NCBI RefSeq assembly: GCF_006345805.1
Contig: NC_042997.1
Location: 86,242,001 to 86,306,000 of the forward strand
DNA from: Octopus sinensis
Lineage: Eukaryota
Reading direction: 5' to 3'
Length of the DNA stretch: 64,000 nt
A program made the position numbers and the translations under genes. This document shows positions 50,525 to 63,165 of this stretch, piece after piece. Position 1 is the first letter of the stretch. The number at the start of each line of letters is the position of its first letter. The notes under the pieces are model-generated. The model was not told where the DNA came from, did not search any database, and saw only the letters and a list, made by a program, of their open reading frames with translations.

Positions 50525-51041
50525 TAGGCTGGTAGAATTGTTAGCATGCCAGGCAAAATGCTTAGCAGCATTTCATCCGTCTTTATGTTGGGAGTTCAGA
50601 TTCCACTATAGTTGAATCTGCCTTTCATCCTTTCATTGTCAATAAAATTTGAGCACTGGGATCAATGTGATCAAGTTACCACCACTACAAAATTGCTGAC
50701 CTTGTGCAAAAATTAAAAATTGTCGTCAACAGCGGTGGCGGCGGGCGGGCAGTGGCGGCGGTGGATGGGTGGCAGCGGCAGGCAGCGGCAGGCAGCATGC
50801 GGCGGGCAGCAGCGGTGGTGGCAGGCAGGCAGGCAGTGGCAGCAGCAGCAGTGGCTTCGCTGTTGGCATCAGCATCGGAGTTGCTGAGCAGAATTTTGTC
50901 CAATTTTACATTCTAGGTTCAAATTCTGCAATGGTTGATTTTGCTTTTTATTCTGTTAGAGTTTAGGTACCAGTCAAACATTTGGGTTGATCCAATTGAC
51001 TAGTCTTCTACAAAATTTCTAGCCTTGTGCTTATAGGAGAA

Positions 51042-51045
<4 letters not shown>
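50525..51045 (+). mobile_element. Two family B SINE segments separated by a GC-rich (GGC/GCAG) low-complexity tract (about 50720-50885)
   Basis: Deu/Nin-like motif at about 50610-50660; the second segment ends agccttgtgcttataggagaaattattatt. Confidence 0.65.
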
Positions 51046-51073
<28 letters not shown>

Positions 51074-51141
51074 CATTATTATTATTATCATTATTATTAT
51101 TATTATCATTATTATTATTATTATCATTATTATTATTATTA

Positions 51142-51188
<47 letters not shown>
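51042..51188. repeat. (TTA/TAA)n microsatellite
   Basis: About 147-bp attatt array with occasional atc variants. Confidence 0.95.
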
Positions 51189-51191
<3 letters not shown>

Positions 51192-54100
51192 TAGTTTTAT
51201 TTTTATAGCGTGCTTTCACTTCACTACCGAGCGCAGCTTTGTGTGCCTTGGGTATGTGCTGTGATTTGTTGTGATGCTCTGATGGTTATTGTATGGAAAG
51301 TGTTCTGCGTAGGATGTGTGCAGTGCCTAGTAGTGCAATTTTCTGTATGTTATATGTGTTTGTAAGTCCTGGTGTTTTTGTTATGTATTTGTCTGAATAT
51401 TTTTTTATCATGCCTAATGCACCTACTATGATAGGAATTGTTTCTGTTTTCAGGTTCCACATTCTAGTTACCTCTATTTCCAGGTCTTTGTATTTTGAGA
51501 GTTTCTCCATTTCTTTTAGAGACACGTTGTCATCTGCCGGTATTGATACATCAATTAGAAAGCATTTTTTTTCTTCATGATCTCTGACAACTATATCTGG
51601 TCTGTTGGCCTTAATTTCTCTATCTGTGTGTATCGGCATATCCCAGAGTATGGTTGCTTTCTCGTTTTCTGTGACCTTTTCTGGTGTGTGCCTATACCAT
51701 CTATTTTCTGTTGTTATTCCATAATGTTGGCATAGCTTCCAATGTATGTAGGTTCCAACTCTGTCATGTCTGTGAATATATTCCTTCTTAGCCAGGACTG
51801 GGCAGCTAGAGATAATATGATTTATTGTTTCTTGTCCATCTCCACATATTCTGCAGTTACTTGTAATATTTCTTTTCATTACATGTTTTTGGTAATTTCT
51901 GGTGGGGAGGCTTTGGTCTGTGCTGCAATTAAAAATCCCTCTGTTTCTGCTTTGAGTCCTGAGCTTCTCAACCATTGCTGGGATTTTTCTTTGTCTATTT
52001 CTTTTGCGTTTAGTTTCGTGCAGTATTTACCATGAAGGGGCTTTTCTTGCCATCGTTTTATCATGGCTCATTGCTGTTCTATTTTTAGTTTGGATTTCAT
52101 TTGTTTTATAGCTTTTGTTGTTTCTTCATCATCTTCTTCTTCTTTGTGTTTATTAGGTGGTATGATTTCTTGTTTATATTTGTCAGCTTCCTTAAATACT
52201 GAGAACAGTTTTTTGTTTTGCTCGTGTTTTGCTGCTATCTGGATCAGTTTTCCTTCCTTCTGAAGTAGGTATTTTTGCAGTCCTATGGTGGTTATTTTAT
52301 AGTAGTTTTCCAGCTGTATAAGGCCTCTACCACCTTCTATACGTTGTATATATAGTCTTTCTATGTCAGATTTTGGGTGATGCATCCTAGATCCTGTCAG
52401 TATTTTTCTTGTTTTCCTATCTATTTTGGACAGTTCATTTCGTATCCAGTTAAGAATATTGTAGATGTAACTTATAACTGGGACAGCTAAAGTGTTGATA
52501 CCTATTATTTCGTTTTTAGCATTGAGCTCTGTTTTTAGTATTGATCTAACTCGTCTATAATATTCTTTTTTTATTTTCTCTTTCATTTGTGTGTGTTGTG
52601 TCTTATCTAGTTCATGGATTCCTAAGTATTTGTAAGTTTGGCTTTGGTCTAATTCTTTTATTTCATTGGTTTTATCTAGTGTGATGTTGTTACTCTTAAC
52701 TAGTTTTCCTCTTTTCATGGTTACTTTGGCGCATTTTTCTAATCCAAATTTCATATCTATTTCTTTGGTAAATTCATGAACTGCCTTTAATAGTGTTTCC
52801 AGCTGTTTGTCATTTGCAGCGTATAGTTTTAGGTCATCCATATATAAAAGGTGGCTGATCGTTTTGCCATAACATTTATATCCGCATCCAGTTCTATTTA
52901 GCATATCAGATAGAGGTGACAGTGCCAAGCAGAAAAGGAGTGGAGAGAGCGTGTCTCCCTGGAATATTCCTCTTCTAATGGGGATGTCTTTGGTTTTCAT
53001 GAGTCCCTCTTTTGTTTGGAGGTGTAGGACTGTTTGCCATTTATTCATAGAGTGCTCTATGAATTTTATGATTGTTGGTGCTACTTTGTTAATGGCTAGT
53101 GTTTCGAGGATCCATGTGTGAGGGATGCTATCGAACGCCTTTTTGTAGTCAATCCAGGCCATACTGAGGCCTTTCTTCTTTCTGTGGCTGTCTTCAGTTA
53201 CGGCTTTATTAATCATTAGTTGATCTTTACAGCCATATGAGCCTTTGCGGCATCCTTTCTGCTCTTCTGGGAACAGTTTGTTTTCGTCCAGGTGCTTGTT
53301 CAGCCTTTGCGATATCACTGCAGTAAATGCCTTGAACATAGTAGGGAGGCAGGTTATTGGTCTGTAGTTTTCTGGTTTTGTTGTTTCATTTGATTTGGGA
53401 ATTAAGATGGTTTTCCCCTTCGTGAGCCATTCAGGCATTGTCTCTGGCTCTGCTAGTATGCTGTTAAAGTTTTCAGCCAGCTTTTTGTGCATTCCTGTTA
53501 GATATTTCAACCAGAAGTTGGGGATCTTGTCATGCCCAGGTGCCTTCCAGTTGCTTAGTTTTTGCAGTGCCTGGGTGACCTCTTCAGTTGTTATGGGGGT
53601 CCAAAGTTGTTCAGATGCCGAGTTTGTTATTTTGGTACTCCTTTTTTTGGCTGTTCGTTCGCCGACCATATTTCTCTCCAGAATTCTTCCAATTCTTCTG
53701 CCGTTGGTGCTGCAGTGACTTCTATTTTATTTTTTCCCAGTTCTTGGTAGAACTTTTTGGGGTTGGAGTTGAACTTTTTGTTCTGTTCAAAGAAGCGTTG
53801 GCGTTTCTCGTACCGGCGGATCCTTTGAGCTTTGGCAAGGATATCTTGCTTCAGCTTTTCTATTATCTCCGGCAAATCTTTTTCTGTGATGTTATATTTG
53901 CGGAGCATTTTTGTTCTCTTTTTGTTGCTCAGTAGCGTTGCTTGTTTGCTGATTTCATTAAGAATCGACAGGTCTTTTCTAATTTTTTTATTTTGTTTTG
54001 GATGTTATTTATCCACAGGGTTTGTTTGGGTGGTGGTACTCCTGTTTGGGCGGGTTTGGGTGAGTATCCAGCTTCTTTTGTGGCTGCAGTGGCTGCTGCG

Positions 54101-55156
54101 TATATCAAGTCATTTAGTTCAGTGATATCACTTTTTTTTGTTTCAGTGGCTAGTTCAGTGACGGCTAGGTTTATGTTGTTTATAATTGGTGTTGTTATTG
54201 CGTTTATTTTTATTCTTGGGAGATATGGTCGGTGGTCCATTTTGGGCTCTATGGTTTTCAGTTCTTTGATTATTTTATTTTTTATATTATCATAATCATT
54301 AGGCTCCCCTTCGTTGTTTACATCGTGTTTGTTGGGAATGTTGCGTTTGTCTTCGTGTTTTACAGTTTCAGTGTTTATATTATTGGGCATTGTTGTGTGG
54401 CTTCTATCTACATTTTCCTGGTGTATTTTTTCTTTTAAATGTTCAATTTCTATTTCTGATATTTTTTTGGCTTTGAGAATGTATCTTCGTACGTTAGCTA
54501 ATTATTAGGGTTCATTGCTGTATCCAAGTCTATATCTCTATTATTTTCCTTCCATATTTTATATGTATGTGTTGTTGTATTTTCATTTTTGGGTAGAGCA
54601 TTGCTGTGAAGTATGCGTGTAAGATAGAAATGTATTCCTCACGTGTCCATTTACGTCTTTTGGGTTTTATTTGCGGGACATGAGGTACAACGTCCGGCCC
54701 ATTATTTTGACGGTCGTCATTTTCGTAGGGTACCGGTCCGTTTATTTCTGTTGTCACATTATTTCACACGTGTAGTTTTTCGTACATTTTTTGTTGTAAG
54801 TTTAATGTACGTACCGCTCGATTGTTATTCTTGGGTTGAATAGTATCGGTGACATTTAATTTCTTCGTAGTTCCTTTGTACATGGTGTTTGAGGTCGGGG
54901 ATGATCGTGTTGTTCCACGCATGTTTACATGTGTTGTGTTAGAGGTGGAGATAATATCGAGTCAAAATACATCATTTCGTTTTGAAAATAGTAATAAATT
55001 TCAATTAGTATTACTTACTCGGATATAGTCCAATTCTTTGTTAGTAAATCTTTGGCTCCATAGGGTGTCCTTGTTTTCGATGTTTGTGGATAGATTTCGG
55101 AGCTCTGTATTTTCCTTCTTACATCTTAAATGTCCCTCTTACATCTTAAACGTCCT
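51189..55156 (-). mobile_element. R4/Dong-clade non-LTR retrotransposon (RT, CCHC knuckle, restriction-like endonuclease), near full length, disrupted
   Basis: Minus-strand ORF pieces include NWKAPGHD, YRPITCLPT, EQKGCRKG, WIDYKKAFDS, GIFQGDTLSPLLF, YMDD and YKYLG, then CRICG...ETINHIISSC, RHD, NRPDIV...IDVSIP and EKLSKY. There are several frameshifts and an in-frame TGA at 52068-52070. (TAA)n lies at both ends. Confidence 0.93.
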
Positions 55157-55157
55157 T

Positions 55158-55189
<32 letters not shown>

Positions 55190-55209
55190 ATTATTATTAT
55201 TATTATTGT

Positions 55210-55636
55210 GCAAGCGTGGCTGTGTGGTAAGAAGACACAAGCACAGGCATGACTGTGAGGTAAGAAGCTTGCTTCGCAACCACAAGGTTCCAATGGTTCC
55301 GGGTTCAGTCCTACTGCATGGCACCTTGGACAAGTGTCTTCTACTTTAGCCTTGAGCTGACCAATGATTTGCAAATGGATTTGGTAGACAGAAACTGAAA
55401 GAAGCTTGTCGTATATATATATATATTTGTGTGTGTGTGTGTTTGTCCCCCCACCATCACTTGAAAACTGATACTGGTGTGGTTACACATCCCCACTACT
55501 TAGTGGTTCGACAAAAGAAACTGATAGAATAAGTACTTGGCTGACAAAGAATAAGTCCTGCGATCGATTTCTTCAACTAAAGGCAGTGCCCCAACATGGC
55601 TGCAGTCAAATGACTGAAACAAGTAGAAGAGTAAAA
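55210..55636 (+). mobile_element. tRNA-derived SINE (family C) with duplicated head
   Basis: gcgtggctgtgtggtaagaag...gcatgactgtgaggtaagaagcttgcttc...gactgaaacaagtagaagagtaaaa. Confidence 0.8.
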
Positions 55637-57290
55637 GTAGTCTTATTTTTATCACATGCTTTCACTGCTCTACCAAGCACAGCTCTGTGTGCCTTTGGTA
55701 TGTGCTGTGGCTTGTTGTGGTGCTCTTATTTTCACTGCATTGAAAGTGTTTTATGTAGGATGTGTACGGTGTCTAGTAGTGCTATTTTCTGTATGTTATA
55801 TATACTTGTAGTCCTGGTGTTTTTGTTATATATTTGTCTGAATGTTTTTTTTATCATACCTAATGCGCCTTCTATGATAGGAATTGTTTGTTTCCTGGCT
55901 CCACATCTGAGTTACCTCTATTCTATCCAGATCTTTGTATTTTGAAAGTTTCTCTATTTCTTTTAGAGAAACATTGTCATCTGCTGGTATTGATACATCA
56001 ATTAGAAAGCATTTTCTTTTTGTGGTCTCTGACAACTATATCTGGCCTATTGGCCTTAATTTCTTTATCTGTGTGTATTAGCATATCCCATAGTATGGTT
56101 GCTTTCTCATTTTCAGTGACCTTTTCTGGCATGTGCCTATACCATCTTTTTCCTGTTGTTATTACGCAGTGTTGATATAGCTTCCAGTGTGTATAGGTCT
56201 CAACTCTATCATGTCTGTGAATATATTCACTTCTTAGTCAGGACTGGGCAACCAGAGACAATATGATTTGTTGTTTCTTCTCCATTTCCACATATTCTCC
56301 AGTTGTATTTCTTTTCATTACATGTTTTGGGTGATTTCTAGTGGGAAGGCTTTGATCTTGTGCTACAATTAAAAATCCTTCAGTCTCTGCTTTGAGTCCT
56401 GAGCTTCTCAGCCATTGTTGGGATTTTGCTTTGTCTATTTCTTTTCTGTTTAGCTTAACCCAGTATTTGCCATGTAGGGGCTTTTCTTGCCATTGTTGGG
56501 ATTTTGCTTTGTCTATTTCTTTTCTGTTTAGCTTAACCCAGTATTTGCCATGTAGGGGCTTTTCTTGCCATTGTTTTATCATGATACTTCAGTTTTAGTT
56601 TGGATTACAGCTTTTATTGTTTTTTTCTTTTCTTCCTAGTTATTAGGTACTGTGGCTTCTTTTTAGTATTTGTCAGCTTCCTTAAAGACTGAAAACAGTT
56701 TTTTGTTTTGTTCATGTTTTGTGGCTATTTGTATTAGCTTTCCTTGCTTCTGAAATAGGTATTTCTGTAGTCTTATGGTGGTTATTTTCTAATAGATTTC
56801 TAGCTTCTACCACCTTTGATACATTGTATGTATAGCCTTTCTATGCCAGATTTTGGATGGTGCATCCTAAATCCTGTTGTTAATTTTCTTGTTTTCTTGC
56901 CTATTTTGATTAGTTTATTTAGAATTCAGTTAAGGATATTGTAGCTGTAACTTATAACTGGGGCAGCTAGTGTGTTGATACCTATTATCTTTTTTCGCAT
57001 TGAGGTCTCTTTTCAGTATTAATCTGACTTGTCTATAGTATTCCTTTTTTTCTTCTCTTTCATTTGTGTGTGTTGTATTGTGTCTAGTTCACTGACTCCT
57101 ATGTATTTGCATGTCTGGCTTTGGTCTAATTCTCTTATTTCATTTGCTTTATCTAGTGTGATGCTGCTACTCTTAACTAGTTTTCCTCTTTTCAGGTTTG
57201 CTTTGGCACATTTTTCTAAGCTAAATTTCCTATTTATTTCTTTGGTAAATCCATGTACTGTCTGTAGCAATGTTTCCAGCATCATCATAA
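55637..57290 (-). mobile_element. Second R4/Dong copy, 5'-truncated and more decayed
   Basis: The same C-terminal motifs appear (KCFLIDVSIPADDNVSLKE, WLRSSGLKAETEGFL, LEKCAK), and the 3' UTR matches the first copy (gtagtcttatttttat versus gtagttttatttttat). Confidence 0.88.
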
Positions 57291-57400
57291 GGAGGAGGAG
57301 GAGGAGGAGGAGGAGGAGGAGAAGAAGAAGAAGAAGAAGAAGAAGAAGAAGAAGAAGAAGAAGAAGAAGAAGAGAAGAAGAAGAAGAAGAAGACGACGAC
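57291..57400. repeat. (GAG)n/(AAG)n microsatellite
   Basis: Compound purine trinucleotide array at the truncation point of the second Dong copy. Confidence 0.95.
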
Positions 57401-58004
57401 TGAGTCAATGCAGCATAGTTTTGATTCCTGGAAGTAGACATTTCACTTCATAAACATCTATCTCACCTACTTCCATTTCTTCTTTTCAGTTTTTCTAAAA
57501 TTGTAAAAAGAATTAATCACCTGTTGACAGGTACTTTTCTTTAAAGCAAGTCATTGACTCTATTTATCAAAATTGCTAAGTTTGTCAGATAAATAATTGA
57601 TTGATCGCTTAATATACTGATTTCCAAAATAGTGCACCACAAAAACAATATAACTATATTTAAGAAATAAGAAAAACTAACCAACAATTTTATTGAATTA
57701 TACAAACTCTTCCTATACAGGATATTGGTTAAAGGAAAATATTACATTGTTGTTATGCAAATATATTCTGTGTGTATGTGATGTGAATGGATGTCAATAG
57801 TTCCATAAAGAAGTGCTGATCACTCAAAATAGATGGAACAAAGTACCGATGAATGACTTCAGAACACTGAACCTTAAGGAAAAGATGACAAAGGACTGAT
57901 ATATCTGGTGCCTTGCTGTACTCAAGAAGAGCTGTCCTCCCCAGCAGAAGTTTTAATGCTGCACCCCCTGATAAAGCAGATTGATTTGCTAAAGTTCTGT
58001 GCTA

Positions 58005-58200
58005 GTGCCACATAAAAAGTACTCCAGTGCCATGACAAAAGCACCCAGTGCACACTGTAAAGTGGTTGGCATTAGGAAGGGCATCCAGCTATAGAAACCC
58101 AGCCAAATTAGACTGGAACCTGGTGTGGCTCTCCTGCTTACCAGCTCTGGTCAAACTGTCCAACCCATGCCAGCATGGAAAATAGATGTTAAAGAATGAT
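58005..58200 (+). mobile_element. RTE 3'-end fragment
   Basis: gtggttggcattaggaagggcatccagc...caacccatgccagcatggaaaatagatgttaaa matches the RTE 3' tail. A similar minus-strand remnant lies at about 5030-5190. Confidence 0.7.
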
Positions 58201-58721
58201 ATGTGTATGTGTGTGTGTATGTGTGTTGTTTATGTTTAGCCTAAAAACCAGTGTAGTTTATATTAATATCTCTTTATGGCATTCATCTTAGTTACTTCAA
58301 TATATAGTACGGATATCATTTAAGTGGTTATATGATATATCTAGAACAGTAAATTTGTGGTTGTTCATACTTAGTCATTCAGTCAACTACATGCAGGGCC
58401 ATAGGATTGACAGATCAATTGAAACAGTTACAGAATTATACAAGATAATCAAAAACAATGGTATTGGTCTGATATTAGGTCCCAAGTATCCCAAGTACTA
58501 TGGTCTGGAACAGTGAATAGTCCTCAAACATTTAATAGGTTACCTTTTCTTGTAGGAGTGACTACTGTTAGACAATAACAGCATTAACATCACTACAATC
58601 AACAATAAGCCTGCAGTATGATAAGAGTCAAGTTAATCATATCTTATTGAAGTCACAGTCAGTCTGAAGTACTTGAGCTACATGACATCTATTATGTCTC
58701 TTTCTATGATCCATGTAATGC

Positions 58722-59045
58722 CATGGCTGTATGGTTAAGAATTTTGCCTTGCAACCTCAAGGTTTCAGATTCAGTTATATTGTGTTGCACCCTGTGAGTC
58801 CTTGTGAGTGTTTTTCTTAAATGGAAAATATGTGGGAGCCCTGTTTATGTATCTGTGTTTGTCCTCCACAACTGCTTGACAACTGGTGTGAGTTTGTTTA
58901 CATCCCCATAACTTAGCAGTTCAGCAAAAGAGGTTTATAGAACAATACCACCAAAGTTAAAATAAGTACTTGGGGTCAAACCGTTTGACTGAACCCTTCA
59001 AGGAAGAGCCCCAGTGGCTGCAGTCCAATGACTGAAGCAATTAAG
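58722..59045 (+). mobile_element. Family C SINE, decayed
   Basis: catggctgtatggttaaga...gacaactggtgtg...cagtccaatgactgaagcaa. Confidence 0.65.
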
Positions 59046-59177
59046 AGATATCTTATAGCAGGTACAAGCAGCCTAAAACATTTGAACTGCATGTGGTCCT
59101 TTATATCTTTTTCTATGACATACATAATGACATGATTAAATACAAACTAAATAACTTAATATTTTGTAATGTAGTCA

Positions 59178-59390
59178 AGGCATTGAGCTGGCAGAGTAGT
59201 TAACGTGCCAAACAAAATGCTTAGTGGCATTTCATCCATCATTATGTTTTGAGTTTAAATTCCGCTGAGATTGACTTTGTCTTTCATCCTTTCAGGCTTG
59301 ATAAAATAAGTACCAATTGAACATTGGGGTCAGTTTAATCAACTAAGTCCCTCCCCAAACTTGCAGACATGCCAAAATTTGAGACCAATA
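59178..59390 (+). mobile_element. Family B SINE
   Basis: gagctggcagagtagttaacgtgcc...gactttgtctttcatcctttcaggcttgataaaataagtacc. Another copy lies at about 61215-61410. Confidence 0.75.
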
Positions 59391-61039
59391 TTTTGTAATG
59401 TAGTTTTCAAGTCCAACCTTAATATATTTTTATCACACAGTGTAATCTATGGTATATTCTGTAGTATATGTGATGTTTATTTAATTATTATTGTATTGTA
59501 GTTGCCTGACTTATGATAATCAATGTTCATAAGGCCTGCTGCTTGAGAACTGTTACATGTGCAGTGAATCAATTTCCAACATTTAGTAAGCATTAACAGA
59601 ATGTGGTGGGCATAATTCCAAAGTTAAAATCAAATATTGAACATAACAAAGGCAAAATAAGTTGACATGGAAATCCAGGTAACAAGGTGAGGGGAGAAAA
59701 TAATCTTCCCTTTGACAAACATGGTAATGAAAACAGATGTTTTGATCTTATTAGATCTCCTCAGTAAAGCATAATTCCTCTATGTGCCAGGACAATTCAA
59801 TAGCTTAAATTATATATTGAAGATTGACTTAAACAAGGCTGACTAAGGAAGATTTTACATTAGCTACACTTGGCATCATCAGTTTATGGTTAAATGCTTT
59901 CAAGTAAACCAAGGCATGCAATTAATGTTTGCAAATTGAATAGGGAAGCAAATGGAATTAAGTGTTCAGGAAAACCACAAAACTGCCATGTATTGCTACA
60001 TTTATAGCTCTTTGACCTATACTTTGGTAGTCCAATGCTTTATCTACTCAACCAGAATGACAAAAATAATTCCAGTTTCATGATCGACTTTAACTCCATT
60101 TTTCTGTGCTGGTGAGTTCTACTCAATTCTCATTTCACTTCAGTCTACTCTTTATCTCAAATGTTGGCTGTGATTTCATTTCGTTCCTATTTCCAGTAAC
60201 TGTTATTAAGTTGAAATTAAAATTCTCTGAAACAATTCTCTTAAATCAATTAGTTTGGTTTCTATCCAACAGCCACAATTGAAAGCAGTACTTTAAAATG
60301 GTTATAATTTTGTTGTAATTCATTAAAAGTGACAAAACTAAATATTTAATCAATTCCCATTTTCAATTTTGTCCAAAATAAAAACAAGCCGAGCTTGATA
60401 ACTAATCATGTTTCAAGAACTAAATTACTTACTGCATTATATAGTGATGTTTCCCAATTCTCTTCCTTTCCTCTAAAATGATTGGTTGTTAAGTGTTTAA
60501 AGTATAAACTTACAAGAGAAAAGATTCTAAAATACCTGCTCCAGAAATTGTTGTAAATATTGAAACTTACAAAATTATTTATCCCATATTTACCTGTGTT
60601 GGTTCTAGACCTTAAGTTAATTAACTCTGCTCTAGCAGACCTACACACAAAAACATTCCAGCTGTCACACTTCCGTCCTTTATACTGTGTTATCAAATGT
60701 GTCTTTCTTTCTGAAACAAAAGTGATGTATAATTTGAGGGAATTTTGCTATTATTTCTTGGAGGTTAAGTGAATATGTAAAGCTTTCCTGTTAGTTCATC
60801 AAACCTTAGATGTCAATAGTCAAACCATTTGAAAAGCAGAGAAATCAATGTATAGCTGAATACAAATAATGTCTCCAAGTCTTACCAAATAGCAAGTATT
60901 CATGGTTTCATCCAGATTATATGTATATGAGATAGTGATGGAGTGCTGATTAAAAAATTTGTGGGTACTAAAGAAAGTAACAAGTATAGGTGACCAACCA
61001 AAACTTTATCAGTTGTTTTACATAGAGAAAGAGAGAGAT

Positions 61040-61078
<39 letters not shown>

Positions 61079-62927
61079 TGTGTGTGTGTGTTGTGTATAT
61101 ACACACACATACATATGTATAGCAGGATGGAAAACTTGACATCCCTATAGGCACATTTGTTATGTAAAAGGAGATTAATATTATAGTCAGTATACGAAAG
61201 TGAGCAGACAGAATTATTAGCACACTAGGTAAAATACTTTGCAGCATTTAGTCCATCTTTACATTTTGAGTTCAAATTCTGCCAAGGTCAATTTTGCATT
61301 TCATCCTTTCAGAGTCAATAAAATAAATACCAGTTAAGAATTGGGGCTGATATAATCAACTTACCCACTTCTGCTAAATTTCTGCCCTTGTTCCAAAATT
61401 TTAAATCAATATTATAGTCAGTATACCAATGTATGTAGCTGTACATAGACCTCAGAAATCTTCCTTGATATTTCATGAATTAAATATTAAAAAAGAAATC
61501 TTCAATTAAATAATCCAAAAGAATGTTATAATAGATTATACATAATAGCATACCAGTCTAGTGTGTAGCTTCAAACATACATCTGCCAAATCTTAATATT
61601 CATCTAATTAGCTACCACAAAAAAGTGTACAATTAATATAAAAGTATGCTATAATGGAGTTTACATTCAAGAGTAGTAAGTATATTAGTATATGTCAATA
61701 TAAAAGTACATCTCTCAAATAATTTTTTTAATAGTCTGCCAACTCTTCATTTAATTAATTACAGGAATCCAGACTAGGAATGAAAAACAGCAGCGGATTT
61801 AAGTGAAAGAAAGGATGAGAAAATATTCAGTCTTTTCTACAGAAATTCATAAAAATTTTAAGAAATTAAATGAAACACATTGCTACTTTGTACGTGTGTG
61901 TGTGTGTATGAAAATGAGTATCATACAAACTCCCTGTGAGTATAAATTTAAGTGTGATTTAGTGCACAGACACACACAAATAGACAACTCATCCGTGTGT
62001 GTTTGTGTGCATGTGTGTGTAGAATGTACATAGTTGAGCACTTAACACTCTTGAAGCCAAGGTTGTTAAGTTTGGGGTTCACTCCTGGAACAAGTAGCCT
62101 GTTGTCTTTGAGTAAGTTGCTTCATTTCACATTGTCTTTGCACTACCCACACGTCCTTCTATATCATTTTTCTCTTTTTCTTCCTATCTACCTACCTCTC
62201 TTACCTGATTCTCCTCCACCTTGCCCATCACATCTTTTGTCACTCTTTCACTCTCTCCCATATTGCACACCCTCTTTCCCTATTTTACCTACATACTACT
62301 GTCTCTCTTGTACATGAACACTTCAACCACCATAAAAGGAATCATGCACTTCCTTTCAGGGGCAGAGAACAGATCTCAAACACCAACTCATCCAACACTA
62401 GAAACTCACTGCCACAATTATCAATGTTGGTACAATTTAAAGTAGATCTGGTGAGATTACGGAAGTACTATAAATTGGAGACGATTTGATGTGTGGTGTA
62501 TGCGAGAAGCGGCAGAATATAGATGACTGAGGATTGCAGAAACAATTTTAAACTGGGTTAATATGGAGAAAGGATATTAAAACAGGGACGAAAGTAACAA
62601 CAATTCAAATGATAAAAGTGCCAACAATAATGATGGTGATGATAATTGTGTTGGTTGTGGTGGTGGTGACGGCAACGGTGCATATTCTTATAAATACTTT
62701 TTTTTTCTTTTCAGTGTTTTATATTTTCAGTGCTTGAAAAGGTAAGGTGGTTCTTTTCATTGAAGTATTTCTTTTAACATTTGGATACCCTTTTATATTG
62801 TTAAGGATACAAAGAAAGAAAACCAAAACCTTGTTTGCAATGAGGTGAAGGTTAATGTAAAGTTAACCGGTATCTAATTGGTCTAACAGGTTACCCAGTT
62901 TAACAACATCATCTAGTTATTCTTTAT

Positions 62928-63165
62928 CAGAGGTTCTCAGCTTGGGTTCATATAACATTTAGATGTTAAAAATTGTGCAATAAATTGGTTGTATTTCTAC
63001 AATACACAAGATATTTTACCATTTTTTTTGGTACAATTCCTAATAGTATTTAATTATAAAAATATAATGGGACTTTTCAAAACATCGAATGGCTTTGGAA
63101 CTCCAGGAGAGTAAAATAGGAATCAAAGGAGTCCACAAACAAAAAAAAATGATTAAAAGCCACTG
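62928..63165. mobile_element. hAT-like MITE, decayed (same family as 26813-27062)
   Basis: The internal sequence ctacaatacacaaga...acaattcctaatagtatttaattataaaaatata...ggaatcaaagg matches the other copy; the ends are cagaggttctc and gccactg. Confidence 0.5.

Noticed and set aside
50685-50966. Ala/Gly-rich ORFs
   Set aside because: They are products of the GC-rich simple-repeat tract between SINE pieces, with no splice context.
60594-60640. Possible 47-nt minus-strand exon (tttttgtgtgtag...acag|gtaaat; RSARAELINLRSRTNT)
   Set aside because: The splice signals are plausible, but there is no partner exon or protein motif in the window, and chance matches are expected in 64 kb.
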